Positions 1-12,060 of a DNA stretch of 64,000 bases are shown here, in pieces; the stretch's first letter is position 1; each line of letters begins with the position of its first letter. The position numbers and the translations under genes were made by a program. A model generated the notes under the pieces. The model did not search any database. It saw nothing but the letters and a program-made list of their open reading frames with translations, and was not told the DNA's origin. Source of the stretch: Dicyema japonicum (Eukaryota; Animalia; Dicyemida); contig RDEW01000041.1 in assembly GCA_011109175.1 (NCBI GenBank), positions 434,001 through 498,000 of the forward strand. Reading direction: 5' to 3'.

Positions 1-420
1 TCTTAGCCATTCAAACGTAAACCTGGTACTTGGTTAATGCGAGTTTGATAATCTGAGGACTAGGAGGATCTTCTACATGTAAATTTTCTCGGTAAAGGGT
101 TCGAACAGAGGGTGGTTCAAACTCGATGTTTCCTAAGATTGTTATTGAGTTCACGGATGTTAGAAAAAGAATTAAGACTTACCCTTCATGAGAATTAAAT
201 AGTCATTGGGTCATTCTGGATCGCTCTTCCCCCTTCTTCAAGTTGTCAGATTGTTTCTCTATAGGGTCCAAGCAGTCAGGTCTCCAAGAATCCGTCAGTT
301 CTTTTAAATGGAGAAATAAGTGGACCCAGTCAAATAGTCAAGATGGTAAAACCACAATTTTAGAATTTGTATAATTGAGAGACTGAAGACCAGAGAGTCG
401 AGTGGAAAAAGTGAGGTGGT
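1..420 (-). CDS. Fragment of an unidentified spliced gene running off the window start
   Basis: Minus strand shows GT-AG introns (25 nt gtccac...aaaag, ~50 nt gtaagt...cttag, 21 nt gtttac...ctaag) flanking an open exon GNIEFEPPSVRTLYRENLHVEDPPSPQIIKLALTKYQ; one frame break upstream. Confidence 0.4.
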
Positions 421-1789
421 GGTTAATTGGTCGGAAAAGTGGGGTGGTGATATACCTCTATTACACGAAATGTCTACTCTGCTCCATGATAAGTAAAAGC
501 CAACATCTCCCTACACGTGAAAGGGGTTAAATGACTCAGAGACATCAAAAACCTTAAGATCTGAACAAAGCAAGTGTCGGGTGGACGAAGGATTCGGTTC
601 AAAACCAGTCCAACCCGAAATTGAATGACTCGGGAGATACTTTTTCAGATGCTGCACATATAGGATGGTAGTCAGTATGATAATATGTTGCTAGTAATGA
701 CTTCAACGAGAGTCAAAACCCACGTGGTGACCGCAGCGGAGGAGAGCCTGGTGTACCCGAATATTACGAGGAAAGAAGATTCACTTAGATCGATGCCCGA
801 TGGAGGGTGACAAAGAAACTTGCTTAATTTAAGTCTTCGAGTCGCCTTCATTGACACATTTTTTTGAATAATAATGGTGGAAAATAAAAATTACAAGCAC
901 AACATCAACTTGATATCTCAAACTCAAATTTTACTAATAAATCAAAAAACTGTTTCAAATCAAAAATTTAAGCAAATCAACTACCATCACATATCAAACT
1001 AACCATATGGAGGTTCATCCGTGTATTTTCCTCAAAATCATCAGACCTCTAGTAAAGGTCCTCTCGGCAATCAAAAACAATCATTCTCACAATCCAACTC
1101 CAATCGGCGTCAAGTATAGGAAGACCATGTGCACTATACCTTTATCGAATTCATGCGCAAAACGATCCTCAAAGTCTCAAAACAGCAAAACACAAAAAAA
1201 TGGCGGACAAATTTAAATTTATTTTATTATCATTCCTTTGATGACGTCGGAGTACGTCATATCCTTGGCAATAAACTGGGTTATTCAATCCACAGTACCA
1301 GTTTCACCAAGAGGGAAGGTAAGAAGTCTGCTAGCCTGCTGGTTCGCCGCCTTCAGGACAGGTAAGATAATTTAACTTTCCACTTATCCGGAATAGTCTT
1401 TGTATTGATTGACATGAAAAAAATGATGGTAATGGGGGCAATCGTAATAGTAAAAATGATGCCACATGATTGAGAAAAATCTAAGAAATAGCTACAGGAC
1501 CACACAATCGGGAAGTCTTTGTTACCCCCAAGTTACCCAATAGCATTTCTAACCATTTCCGAGAGAATACTTCAGACCAATCTGTGGGTTTTGGTCTGTG
1601 CCGTCAAAAAATACGTATGGAACACCGAGACGTCCCAATGACTAACCTCGGGGTAGTAGGACAGTAGGTTATTAACTCTCTTCAGACTCAGAGTTTCTCC
1701 ATCTTCGTCTTGGCAGAACGCATTACAAATATAGGGGATTTGATTTTTTGTTAAATAGACTGATATTCATCAACATAGTATTGGAGTAA

Positions 1790-2280
1790 GACAGGTTTTT
1801 TTGAGGGAGTTTTTCTCCTTTATAAGTCGTCAAGTTGAAGTTTTTGAGAATAATCAGAATTGGGTTATGATCGCTTAAAAATTCGAGGAAAACATTCCAT
1901 AAAATTAAATGTGAGCTTAGATGAACAGATAAACAAGTCCGGGGAGGTCTGACTGTCGTTTCTTCTGGTCAGTGTCCTGATAGAAGTATCATAGAATTGG
2001 TAGAGTATCGTTTAGGTGCAGTTGAATAAGGTTTGGAGACAAAACTGACACTTGGGGGACTCATTTTAAAAGGAATCGGTATTGAGATATACAAGAAATA
2101 ATTTCAACCCGACAAAATCTTCGAAAGATGAAAATCGTTAGCCTGCACTGAAGACGTGAGGAATTTAAGGTGCAAGAATTTTTTTACTTAGAACCGGCCT
2201 TGGTTAGGTCAATCGATGCAAGGATAGTCCGTTTGGGAGGATTGTAATTATTGAACCAATAAGTGATATATTGACTTACA
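1790..2280 (-). mobile_element. Scrambled remnants of an ingi-like APE-RT LINE
   Basis: Translated pieces SPDLFICS..WNV..SDHNPIL (APE end) and SQYITYWFN..PPKRTILASIDLTKA (RT) resemble the 15.5-18.5 kb element. Confidence 0.55.
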
Positions 2281-2399
2281 AAAGATCCTGGTCGGCAGTG
2301 AACCGATCAGTTCGGTTGCAACATAAAAGAAGATTTGTTTAATTTATACTGATTTTTATTAACATTTTTAATAATATATTCTACTAATTAAAATTTCAA

Positions 2400-3504
2400 A
2401 TGTACAAGACTGTTGTTGTTATCGGCGGAAGTGGGTTTTTAGGATCACACCTCGTTGCAATGCTTATATCTAGAGGCTTTAAAGTCCGGATACTCGACCT
2501 CATACGACCAAAAGAAGGCCTTGGAACAGATATGGAATTCTTTTACGGCAGTATGATGGACAAACGAGTACACGTGTATAAAATGACGAAAGAGTTTAAC
2601 CGAATGCTTAGAAAGTGAAATTTACGCCGTATTTTTGGTGGCTTCTCCTCCCCCACTTTCAAACGATGAGAAACTGTTCAACACCGTGAACTTCTTTGGG
2701 ACAAGAAATGTCCTCGAAATTTGCAAAATACAAAAAATAAACGTGAGAAATTGAAAATATCCATTTAGAGGCTCATTTTGACGAGTTCGGCAAGTGTGGT
2801 CTTCGACGGATTCCATGATGTGATCTTTGGGGACGAATCTCTGCCATATGCGGAGAATTCACTGGACAGCTACACGAGGTCCAAAATAATGCAAGAAAAG
2901 GTAGTTTTTTACTTCATGTTGGCTGTCCTTTCTGCGAATTGCGAAGAATTGGCGACCGTGGCTTTGAGACCTCACGGAATTTTTGGCCCCCGGGACTCTA
3001 TTTTTCCGTCAGTAGAAAAGAATTGCAAATCCCTGAAGAGATTCTTGATGATTGGGTAGTTGAGCTTGTTCATTTAGGTCTGGGACAAATCTGGCGGACT
3101 TTACTTTTGTGGAAAACGTCTGTTACGCCCACGTGCTAGCTATGGAGAAGCTGGAACCTCATGGAATCTTGGCGGGGAATGCTTATAACATCACCAACGA
3201 TGAACCCGTGTTTTTCTGGTCTTTCATTGGGCGTATAATGGAAGGATATAAATCCGCGAAACCGTCTGTTTCCGTTCCGTTTTTTCTGTTATTCGCCTTC
3301 GCGGTGTTTCTTCACCTTTTGAGCGTTTTTTTGTCTCCGTTTATAAAATTTAATCCAAAACTGAGTCCGATGATGGTTTCATTGTCAGGACTGCATCATT
3401 ATTACTCGTGTGAGCGAGCTAAGCGGGATATGGGATATTCCCCCGTTGTGAGTGTGAGTGAAGGAGTTGAGAAGACTATGAAGTTTCACGGAATTGCGTT
3501 TTGA
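2400..3504 (+). CDS. NSDHL: Sterol-4-alpha-carboxylate 3-dehydrogenase (3-beta-HSD family), 5 exons
   Basis: VIGGSGFLG Rossmann motif, ASPPP, TSSASVV, YTRSK catalytic YxxxK, RPHGIFGPRD, DFTFVENV, ITNDEP. Introns 2568-2592 (25 nt), 2743-2768 (26 nt), 2901-2921 (21 nt, GT-TG as written), 3056-3077 (22 nt). Confidence 0.92.
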
Positions 3505-3579
3505 TTTATCCGAGATTATTAATATTTGATTTTTGGCTTTAATAAACTGATTATTGTTTTAGTGGGAAAAAATTTTTTT

Positions 3580-3900
3580 AATGCCTTTTCACGAGAGCCA
3601 TAGTATTTATAGCTCCGCATTGGCAGGACACACACTTTATTTAAGTAAACAGTTAATTTTAACTAATCGTAGAACCAAGGAATGATCTTCACTTCTTTTT
3701 TTTCTTTTTCTTGTGTGAGTGTCCTTTCTAGACAATCCGGTTCCGCAGTGAGTATCCACTGATGACGGCGTCACTCTTCAAACCCTTTCTGCATCGTAGA
3801 TGCATGGAACCTTTCACCAGGTGAACAGCAGCGAGATTCGAACACGTAGCCTAAGCCACTTAAGCCCGACACCTAACCATTGTGCCACCATGCCACCCGG
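3580..3900 (-). mobile_element. tRNA-derived SINE, copy 1
   Basis: Pol III A box TGGCACAATGG and B box GTTCGAATC on the minus strand; body alignable to 5352-5632. Confidence 0.7.
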
Positions 3901-3932
3901 CTAGTAGGAAATAAGCATTCAAATAGCTAGTG

Positions 3933-5349
3933 CAACGGTGTCAAACATGCGCCCCAGACAATTTAATGGCTATAAAACACAAAAAATAATTTTGTTATTT
4001 TTTACATTTAATTAAAATATTAGCAATCGAGACGTCTGGTGCGGCCGGAAGTATTACAGCCTCTTTCCTAAAGGAAACGGGGGGAAATTGGCTCACCGCA
4101 AGAAAGACGTGCGGGAAGCGGTCTGACTGAGGCAACGAATTGGTATCGCAGTTGTTCGCAAAAACGCTTACTCCGTGATGTCAGCAGCCGCTCTCCCCCA
4201 TAGTTAATAAATAATATTTTATTGTTAATAAATTTTTCAATTAAAAAATTAAAATTTTTGCCAGACAACGCCCACTTGTTTAAAGATATTTTATTAACCA
4301 GAAACACTGTTGCCAAACACAAATTACTAAAGTCTCAGCTATTAAATAAAGATTTAGTTCATTTTCCTACGTACAACGAGCTCAGGAGTACAGTTGGTGC
4401 ACATAGTATAATAAATTTTCCCAAGTATGAAAGACCAGTAGAATCGTTGTTAAAGAATTTAAAAAAAGATTCAATGATTTCTCGTCTTTTGAACAACAAT
4501 TTTCATTATTCACATTCGAACAAATTGATCTCGTTTACCCATATCGTCAGTTGGATTTCGAGATCGATCACTGGCAGTGGCGGGTCTACCACCGAAAGAG
4601 CAATTCAAGACAAATGTCATCACAAAAAATGACCTTTCCACCTGTCGATAATAAAAAACATTCGTTATCTCATCCAAGGGATTTACGGAGTCTGTACGGG
4701 ATCGAAGCCCCTTCTCGTATCATGTCGGAATGTACAATTATGGCAGACTAGAACTTGCAATACTGCCATAAGCCTTTTGCTGTATTAAAGTGTGCGATAG
4801 ACATCCTTGGTCCTGGCATAATTTCTTTAAAATAAAATTTAGAGACTTGATTGCAATAAGTACCTCGAAAATAGTAAAGAAATCTCAAATTGAAAAAGCT
4901 TTTGCGACGAAAGCGCTTAATAAGTCAGTTTATCTTTCTCTTATCCCATTTTCTTATTCAGGACAAGCGATCCATCAAATTTAAAAAAACAGCCAACTTT
5001 TAAGGTTCTTTTAAAGTTACTAAACGTAAAATTAATGTTAATGATTTGCCATCATGGTTATTATGACAAAATCAGCATAAATTCATGGATACCGTTTTCG
5101 TACATCAATTTGAATTTTAAAATGTAATTTAACACTATTTTATGAAAATTAAATTTCGACCTGTCCGAACTTGGGGACCTTCGCTCGTAGTTTGTCCACG
5201 CTTTTTAGTGGAACGTTGAATTAAGGGGAAAAAATAAGACGTTAGACTCTACGTCAGTAGGGGGAATTAGTGCTGCTATTAAGGCACTCTCTTCTTCAAA
5301 GGACCATTATAAATGTGGACCTCGAAGCGAAATGAGCTTGACACCCCTG
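3933..5349. mobile_element. Non-autonomous hAT (Charlie/Buster-like) DNA transposon
   Basis: TIRs CAACGGTGTCAA / TTGACACCCCTG; 8-bp TSD AGCTAGTG (3925-3932) vs AGATAGTG (5350-5357); internal remnant DLVHFPT resembles hAT transposase. Confidence 0.75.
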
Positions 5350-5351
5350 AG

Positions 5352-5632
5352 ATAGTGTAGCGAGTGCCGGGGAAGAGGCCTGATGGCCCTAGTTCGAATC
5401 TCACATTCCGGTTGAAGGTTCCAGGAATCTACGATGCTTTGGCTTGACGGGTGACAATTTCATCAGTAAATACATCACTGGGAACCGTCGTATAGAGGAC
5501 ATACGCTATAAAAAAAAAGTGAAGAGCATTCCTTGGTTCTCCCTTTACTATTAGTTATGATAACTGTTCTTACTTAAAGTTTGTGTCCGATCGGAGCTAT
5601 AGCTAGTATGGCTCTGCGTAAAAGTGCAGAAA
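5352..5632 (+). mobile_element. tRNA-derived SINE, copy 2
   Basis: B box GTTCGAATC; blocks shared with copy 1: AAGGTTCCA..ATCTACGATGC, GTGAAGA.CATTCCTTGGTTCT, CGGAGCTATA..TATGGCTCT. Confidence 0.65.
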
Positions 5633-6319
5633 TTTATTTATAATGAAGCTATCGTAATTGAGATCGCAATATCTATAACGATTTATATGCAAATTTGCTC
5701 AATTAACTATTCTTTTCTCGGTTGTCTCTTCCTTTTTTGCCATCGAAAGTTCTATGAAACTATAGATTTCGGCTGTTATGGCTTGAAGGCAGAATTCCTA
5801 TAAGATTGTGTATTTTTGAAGGTTTCGACTTTTGCTAAGTCTGATTCAGGATGAGTTGCAGACATCATGAGGTTTTATAAAGAAAGTCATCTACATAGGT
5901 GACGTCAGCGCAAAGTATTTTTAATCCTTTCGCCGTCCCCTCGGGTTTTTTCTTCTTGGTGTTTAATCAAATAGAGTTTTTGTGTGTAGGTTAGTCTTAT
6001 TGGCTTGTCTGGTGTGCTGCAAGGGTTGGATGATGTGGGAATGGCTAATAGGGAGTTACGTCATATCTGTTGTACTGTAAGGGCTTGGGTTGTTTGTGAG
6101 GGTCGGAAGTGAAGGAGGGATATATTTGTTGGCCTAAGGAGGTTTAATCAATTATAATGTAAGGATCGGGGAATTTAAGATTAGTTTAGAAAAGGTTATA
6201 AGTAGCTTATGTAGTCTGATCAATTATGTTGTGGGGGATAGATGGTGTGGGAGTAGTTAAAGAATGTTTTATTATTGTTTTAAAAATTCATCAGCTATAA
6301 TATAGACATTCAGTATTTG

Positions 6320-6780
6320 ACTCCGCCGATCGTCTCAGAGTCCCATCAGCCGACAATAGTGCCCTCCGGTGTTCAAAACATGTTGAACATCTAAAAATGT
6401 ACATCATCTTTGACATGGGAATACATTTCTTGAGCAAGAAGACACATGTGGATCCAAAGATGATACTTTATTTGTAAAGGCTTCAACTTCATTATTCTTA
6501 CTGGTAAGGTAGTTCTCCAGCTCGTCGTTTTTATTTATTAATTAAAAAATTAACCGCTTCAGATTGAATGGTTGGACAAATTTCGTGAGCATTATTTCTA
6601 AATACATCTATTTTATTCCAACAATTATTTATTGTGTCCCTAGCTACTCGATTCCAGGTTTCTCGAACAAATACGTGTCGCATATTTATTTTTAACTCTC
6701 ATAATAATTTTCATAAATATCGTAGATACAAATTGCTTCATAGAGGACATTTGAATATCAAGATTTAAAAAATTGATAAT
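6320..6780 (-). mobile_element. Possible piggyBac transposase remnant
   Basis: Heavily degraded fragments (..NKYA.., TGxTIV..GTLR); weak resemblance only. Confidence 0.25.
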
Positions 6781-8039
6781 TCCCACATCATGAGGTTGAA
6801 AAATGGCTGTTGTATTTTTTGGAAGTGGACTGTTGTGTAGAAGGTCTGATATCTTTACAGATTTTTTATCAAAACAATTTTCATCTTTAGTGACAAATGA
6901 TTTATTTGAATTTAAAAAAAAATTTCATCAAATTAAAAAACATCTTCCATATCAAAAAGTTTTTGATTACTAAAAAAAACAGAAAAAAGAATTCAGTGAG
7001 CCTTTGCAGATAAGATTGTGGGGTGGCCAACCCTTTTCGCTCGCAAGCTAATTTTTACATAGCGAATTGTCTGGCGATCGACTTTTTTGTATTTTAATAA
7101 CAATTTTTTTTAATATTAGATTTTATTTAACAAAAAAGAGAATAAGAAACAAACACATCAAAAATAGAGAATTTTTATTTTATAATAAAAATTTAATGCT
7201 ATTTTTGTCATTGTAATTCTCCTGCAATTACTTTGAACTCTGGCTCATATGAGGGGAAATATTGATGGCTCTTCGTTCCTTTCCGGAATGGGTGAGACCT
7301 TTACGAGCCATAAGACATCACGTTAAGCACACGTCCAGAGACTAAGCTCCACAAAATCAATTCAATATACCGGAAAACTATATTTATGGAGGGTCTCATT
7401 CTGAATCACTTGTCAATTATTTACTCGCAGAAGCTATGACCCGTAGTCGCGGAACCGGATTCCTTCGGGTCTGTAAAAAGAAGGAAACCCGCTTAGCTCG
7501 TCCTTTTCCAATGATTGGGAAGTTCTCCTCCATAATTGGATTCCTCTGTAGGGATGAGATAAGGCTCTTTCGCACGTAGTAAGAAAATAGGAGACCACAG
7601 ACGTTGGATGGCTCATTCGACCACGGAACTTAGATTACCTAACTTTCTGACGTTTTTCTGTCTTTATCAGTGATCCCGGGTTCTAAATAAATATGGATAT
7701 CGTTGTAAAACTACAAAAATTCTCTTTAACTATGTGTTTCATTTTAAGAAGTTTTTTTGTGCACCGAGGTGCTCCGAATATAATTGGACGACATGCTAGT
7801 GTTGCTACCAACATGCGAGCTTAAAAAGACAAAAAGCATTGCTTGTTTTGGTCGAAATATGTGTGAACAGCTTTTTTCATTTATGAAATTAAAAAAAACT
7901 GCTTAAAGAACAATTCTCACTAATAAAAATTATCCACTTTAATAAAAGATGGAACTACAAAAATAGCTGTTTTTTGTTTTTTATATAATAAATATTTCTT
8001 AAAAAATAATATATCAGAACTAATTTTCCCTTGATGAGG

Positions 8040-8281
8040 GCAAAGGAGAATAAATACGAAGTTCTACCCCATTGTTCTACCCCATTGTTGTTGAGACGAC
8101 TGGAGAAATAAGTGGGAAATTGCTTCGTTTCACAAAGAAGCATGGACGCCTAGCTACACTAAAAAGCCACGACGCACGTGAGACCCGGTGGCTTATCCAA
8201 ATGATATCTGTTGCAATTGTGAAAGGCAACACAACGTCTGCAATGTCGGCTGGGACCACGTTTGATGGATTTTTTTGTTAA
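8040..8281 (+). mobile_element. CRE-clade retrotransposon, 3' (REL) fragment
   Basis: FYPIVVETTG..RETRWLIQMISVAIVKGN matches the C-terminus of the 34.7 kb element. Confidence 0.8.
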
Positions 8282-8349
8282 TTAATTGATTAATTTAGTT
8301 TGTTAGCGTAATAAATCGCATAATAACAAAACCTTGTTGAAAGAATTAT

Positions 8350-8990
8350 TTCCTGGCGTACGCGTTTCCCGCGTAATGCGGAAACCCCGACTCATTGCTT
8401 TAACCAGAACGATTCACATGGTTTTTTTCGACGACTCGCTAGTTTCCTTCCTATTTCTTTCAGAAAAGCCGCAGTGAGAGATCCTAAGGCTCTTGACGTT
8501 TTATGGCCACTTGTGTGAATCGGTCTTTACAGCCGAATACTTCTGGATCTTGGCCGATTCTGATGCGTTGGACGCAGATCCAGGTTTCTGAACAGATCTC
8601 AGAAGGAGAGAAGTGGAGAAGGTATCCAAACAGGTTACTTCCCAGACCAATGATTTTCCGTGTGAATATGGGGAAAGCGTCATTCCTTCTGGCCTCTTTC
8701 CATCTCTACGATCCATCCGACAGGCTCAGTTGAGCTGGGAAGCCTGCTGCCTCGAGAGTTCGCAGAATAATATTATTCAATGCGGCGCGTGACGAGATGA
8801 GCTACCTGGACTCTTTTTGCAAAACAATAAATGTAATCCTTTGGTGTCAACTGTCCCTCCACAATGGCATCTGTTTCTGCAGACGTCAAGTCCCAATCGT
8901 TGTGCTATTCCGATTTTCACACAGTCGTCATCCATAAGTGTTCAGGAAGAAGCGCATGGAAATGCGTGGAGCCATGCACCACTACTCAAT
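8350..8990 (-). mobile_element. CRE-clade retrotransposon REL fragment, tail-to-tail with the previous copy
   Basis: RDGKRPEGMTLSPYSHGKSLVWEVTCLDTF endonuclease motif. Confidence 0.8.
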
Positions 8991-9585
8991 TTTAAAATTG
9001 GTCAAAAACCAGTCTACTCTGTAAAATTTTTAATTGAATTTTTGTCGCAGGAATTATTTTCACCGGAAATTGCTCTTAAAAATAGTTCACGACGCTTTCT
9101 AAAACGGTCGAGCCATCTATTTAAGCCTTTGAAATTTTAAAAATTTATTCGAGCCGCGATAGTTATAGCAATTTTTTTAAATTCCATCTTGCCTCAAGTT
9201 TCTGAAAAGTTCAAAAACTAGACGATCGAGTTTTGATGAAAAATCTGATTCATAGTTTTTATATAAGACTTCCTCAGTATTAAGGTTTGCAGAATCAAAT
9301 CTTTGTTTCTTTTTTGGTTCAATAAAATAAAAAAATCTCTATTTTACTATAGATAATGTCCCTTTCCTAATTTTATGCATCATAGATATTTCCTTCGGAC
9401 ATAAAGTTCCTTGGCAGGGTTCAAAAATTTTTTGCTTTAACACACAAGAAAGCTTTTTTGGAATGGTTTAAAATAATTTAATTAATAATTTAGAATAATA
9501 AAATTTTATTAATAAAAATTCCACAATAAGCGGGGTTGATGATTTTTATTTATTATTATTCTACCCGTATCTTAACCACCAGCAT

Positions 9586-9959
9586 GGCTTTGAGTTTCGA
9601 GTTTTGAACTAACCGACCGATTGGCGTACGACTCTGTTTGTGAGCCGCGTAACGCCATGTGGTGCTTCGTGGCTAATTGGTTGAAGTTTTTGTTTGTTCG
9701 TCTGTTCCTTCCTCTCTCTTCCTATTAGAGTAGCGTCATGTGATCCACCTCTCTAGTGACGCCCAGTGCCAGGCCGGCACGAAAAGGATCATTTTGCTCT
9801 CCCCCACTTTATTGGAGGGGTTTCCACTACTGCAGTAATGTCTTTTACCTTTATGTTGATTCGGATGGACTTCGTTTCTGTAGAAGTGGAAACTAAATAT
9901 ACTTAATTAGTTGTTTCTTTAACTTCTTTTTTGGTGTATCCGGGGTTAATAAATAAATG
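9586..9959 (+). mobile_element. Short non-autonomous retroelement (5' structured RNA plus LINE 3' tail)
   Basis: TSD ACCACCAGCAT (9575-9585) / ACCATCAGCAT (9960-9970); fold at 9732-9791 homologous to LINE 5' end; tail TTAATTAGTT..TTGGTG..GGGGTTAATAAATAAAT. Confidence 0.8.
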
Positions 9960-10368
9960 ACCATCAGCATACAGGTTTTTAATAATTTTTCATTCTCTTC
10001 ATTTAGACTATCTTCGAGCATTGCTCAAATAACTCTTTCTTTTCCTGGAAGCATCGGAGCAGTTGTATGCCTCTCCGAAAAATGAAGAAAAAGATCCTTT
10101 CCTTAGACGCTGAAAATTTTTGACTTCTTAGATATGTCCCTTATTAAGACATCTAGGTGAGGAAAGCTCGCCATGAAGATAATAAATAACACTATAATCA
10201 GAACTGTGCTTCGAGGTACTCTTCTTAGTAGAAAAATCAGCTCTGATATTTTTCCGCCATTTTTTACAAAAGACCACTTCTCACTAAAAAGTTCTTTACC
10301 CAAACAAATATATAGCGTAGTACCCCCGTAAATACAAGTTGCGACAAGAATCTAACAACAACAATTTA

Positions 10369-11150
10369 TTAACTATAGTTAAGAGTTATCTGGAGGGTAG
10401 TACATCTTAGTCCTAAATCCTTGGACTCCACACCTAGAACCTCCCTCTTTAAAATTTTCTTATTCTTCTCATTGCACCCATACAGTAGGCTAGGGAGAAT
10501 AACTCCCTTGACGATTAACAGGAAGGTGTCACAGCTAACGTGTAACCTTCGTGTACAGAAGAGTGACTGATAGGCTTTTTTCCTCCTTCCCTCTATGTCG
10601 TCCATGTAATCTCCCGAGAGTCTATAGTCCAATCCCAAATAGCACAGACTTACAGAAATGCCCCTTTGAATGTCTGTAAAAGAACTAGGTAGTGGTCGAT
10701 CGACATTCCTCTGCATTAATAATCTTTTTTTCCAAATGGGTTTTTGATCCTTTCGGTTTTGCGTCGTCTTCAAATAAAGAATATGAATTGTTCAAAGCCA
10801 TCTTGAAAAGGGAGATAGATGTGGTATTAATAAAAATGCCGGTCACTCCCATAGACTGATCATTTTTGGTGTAATAGATGAAAATTTTTTCTGGACATTT
10901 GAAAATATGATTTACTGTCAACAAAGAAAAGAGGATATCTTTCAGATCATCAAGTTTATATGCGTATGTCGATAGAGGAGTGATGTCAACGAGGTAGATG
11001 GGATGGAGGATACTATTCACAGGCGGATAATCTAGTTCGTTGGATCGGCTCAAGGATCCAAAGGTTCACCAAGGATCTACGCGAGACTGGATGGCTTAGA
11101 GAGTATCTCGATAGCTTTTGTCAGAGGAAAAAGCCAGGCGATTCAAGCCC
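10369..11150 (-). mobile_element. Degenerate LINE RT remnant
   Basis: YLGLDY..KGVILPSLLYGC RT thumb-like motif in ORF 10369-10773. Confidence 0.5.
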
Positions 11151-11739
11151 CCTAGATTAATTTAATTATTTTTTGAAATAAAAAAAACTAAAATTAAAAA
11201 ATAATTTAAAATAAAAGTCAATAATATTGATCGCCAAATAATTAAATCAATAATGTCAATTAAATTGAGCAATGTGTGGGAGAACATATTGGAAAGCAAA
11301 ATGAAAAAATTTTAGTCATTGCGTAAGACATAACGCATGTGTTTCGCCACTATGAGTTTTGAATAGGCGAGATCCCATTTGAAATCTGCGATATATCTTA
11401 TTTTATGAATTTTTAATGAGATCAATGCCTTTCTGTGTGCTTTGACCACTACACGAGTCAATATTGTAACAAAGTACCAATCCATTACTTAATCTTTCAC
11501 CAAACGTTAAAAAAGCCACGTGGGCTATTCAATCCATCAGTAATCTTTTTACTACATTGACTTTCTACAGTAAAATAGAATGAATTTAATTGTCATTTCT
11601 TTTTTGACCACCTCAAGTCACGTACCCTTTGTGGATATTTGTTCCTATGCCGCCCCACGTGGAATAACCAACAACATCAATGAATTATTTCCAAAAACTA
11701 AATTTTCGAGTAAAACTTATAACACGTGCTTAGTTATTT

Positions 11740-12060
11740 AGATTGACATTATATTGGGTTTCCAGGTAATAGCGTTTGATAAATTTTAAGATAAAAACAA
11801 TAAATACTTTCAAATCCTTCCTTAATCAAACTGAATAAAATTTGCTCATTTTTAGCTCCTCCCATGGAAACATGGTTTTTCCATCTACTACATTCTCAAT
11901 TGGATTGAGAGAGGTGAGTAAAGAGGTTTGCTGTTTCAATCAATTATTTAACAGCTGTCAAAAAAACCTTAAAATCCTTCCCGTTAACAGAACTTTCATT
12001 AATATGGTGGTTAAGCATAACCTATTTAGTCGTTGATGCAATGACTGACTGTTCTGACGC
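11740..12060 (-). mobile_element. IS630/Tc1-like DDE transposase remnant
   Basis: PLYSPx(L)NPIENV..WK-like motif across frame breaks. Confidence 0.4.

Noticed and set aside
3830-3900. Functional tRNA gene
   Set aside because: A and B boxes are present but there is no convincing cloverleaf, and it continues into a repeated SINE body
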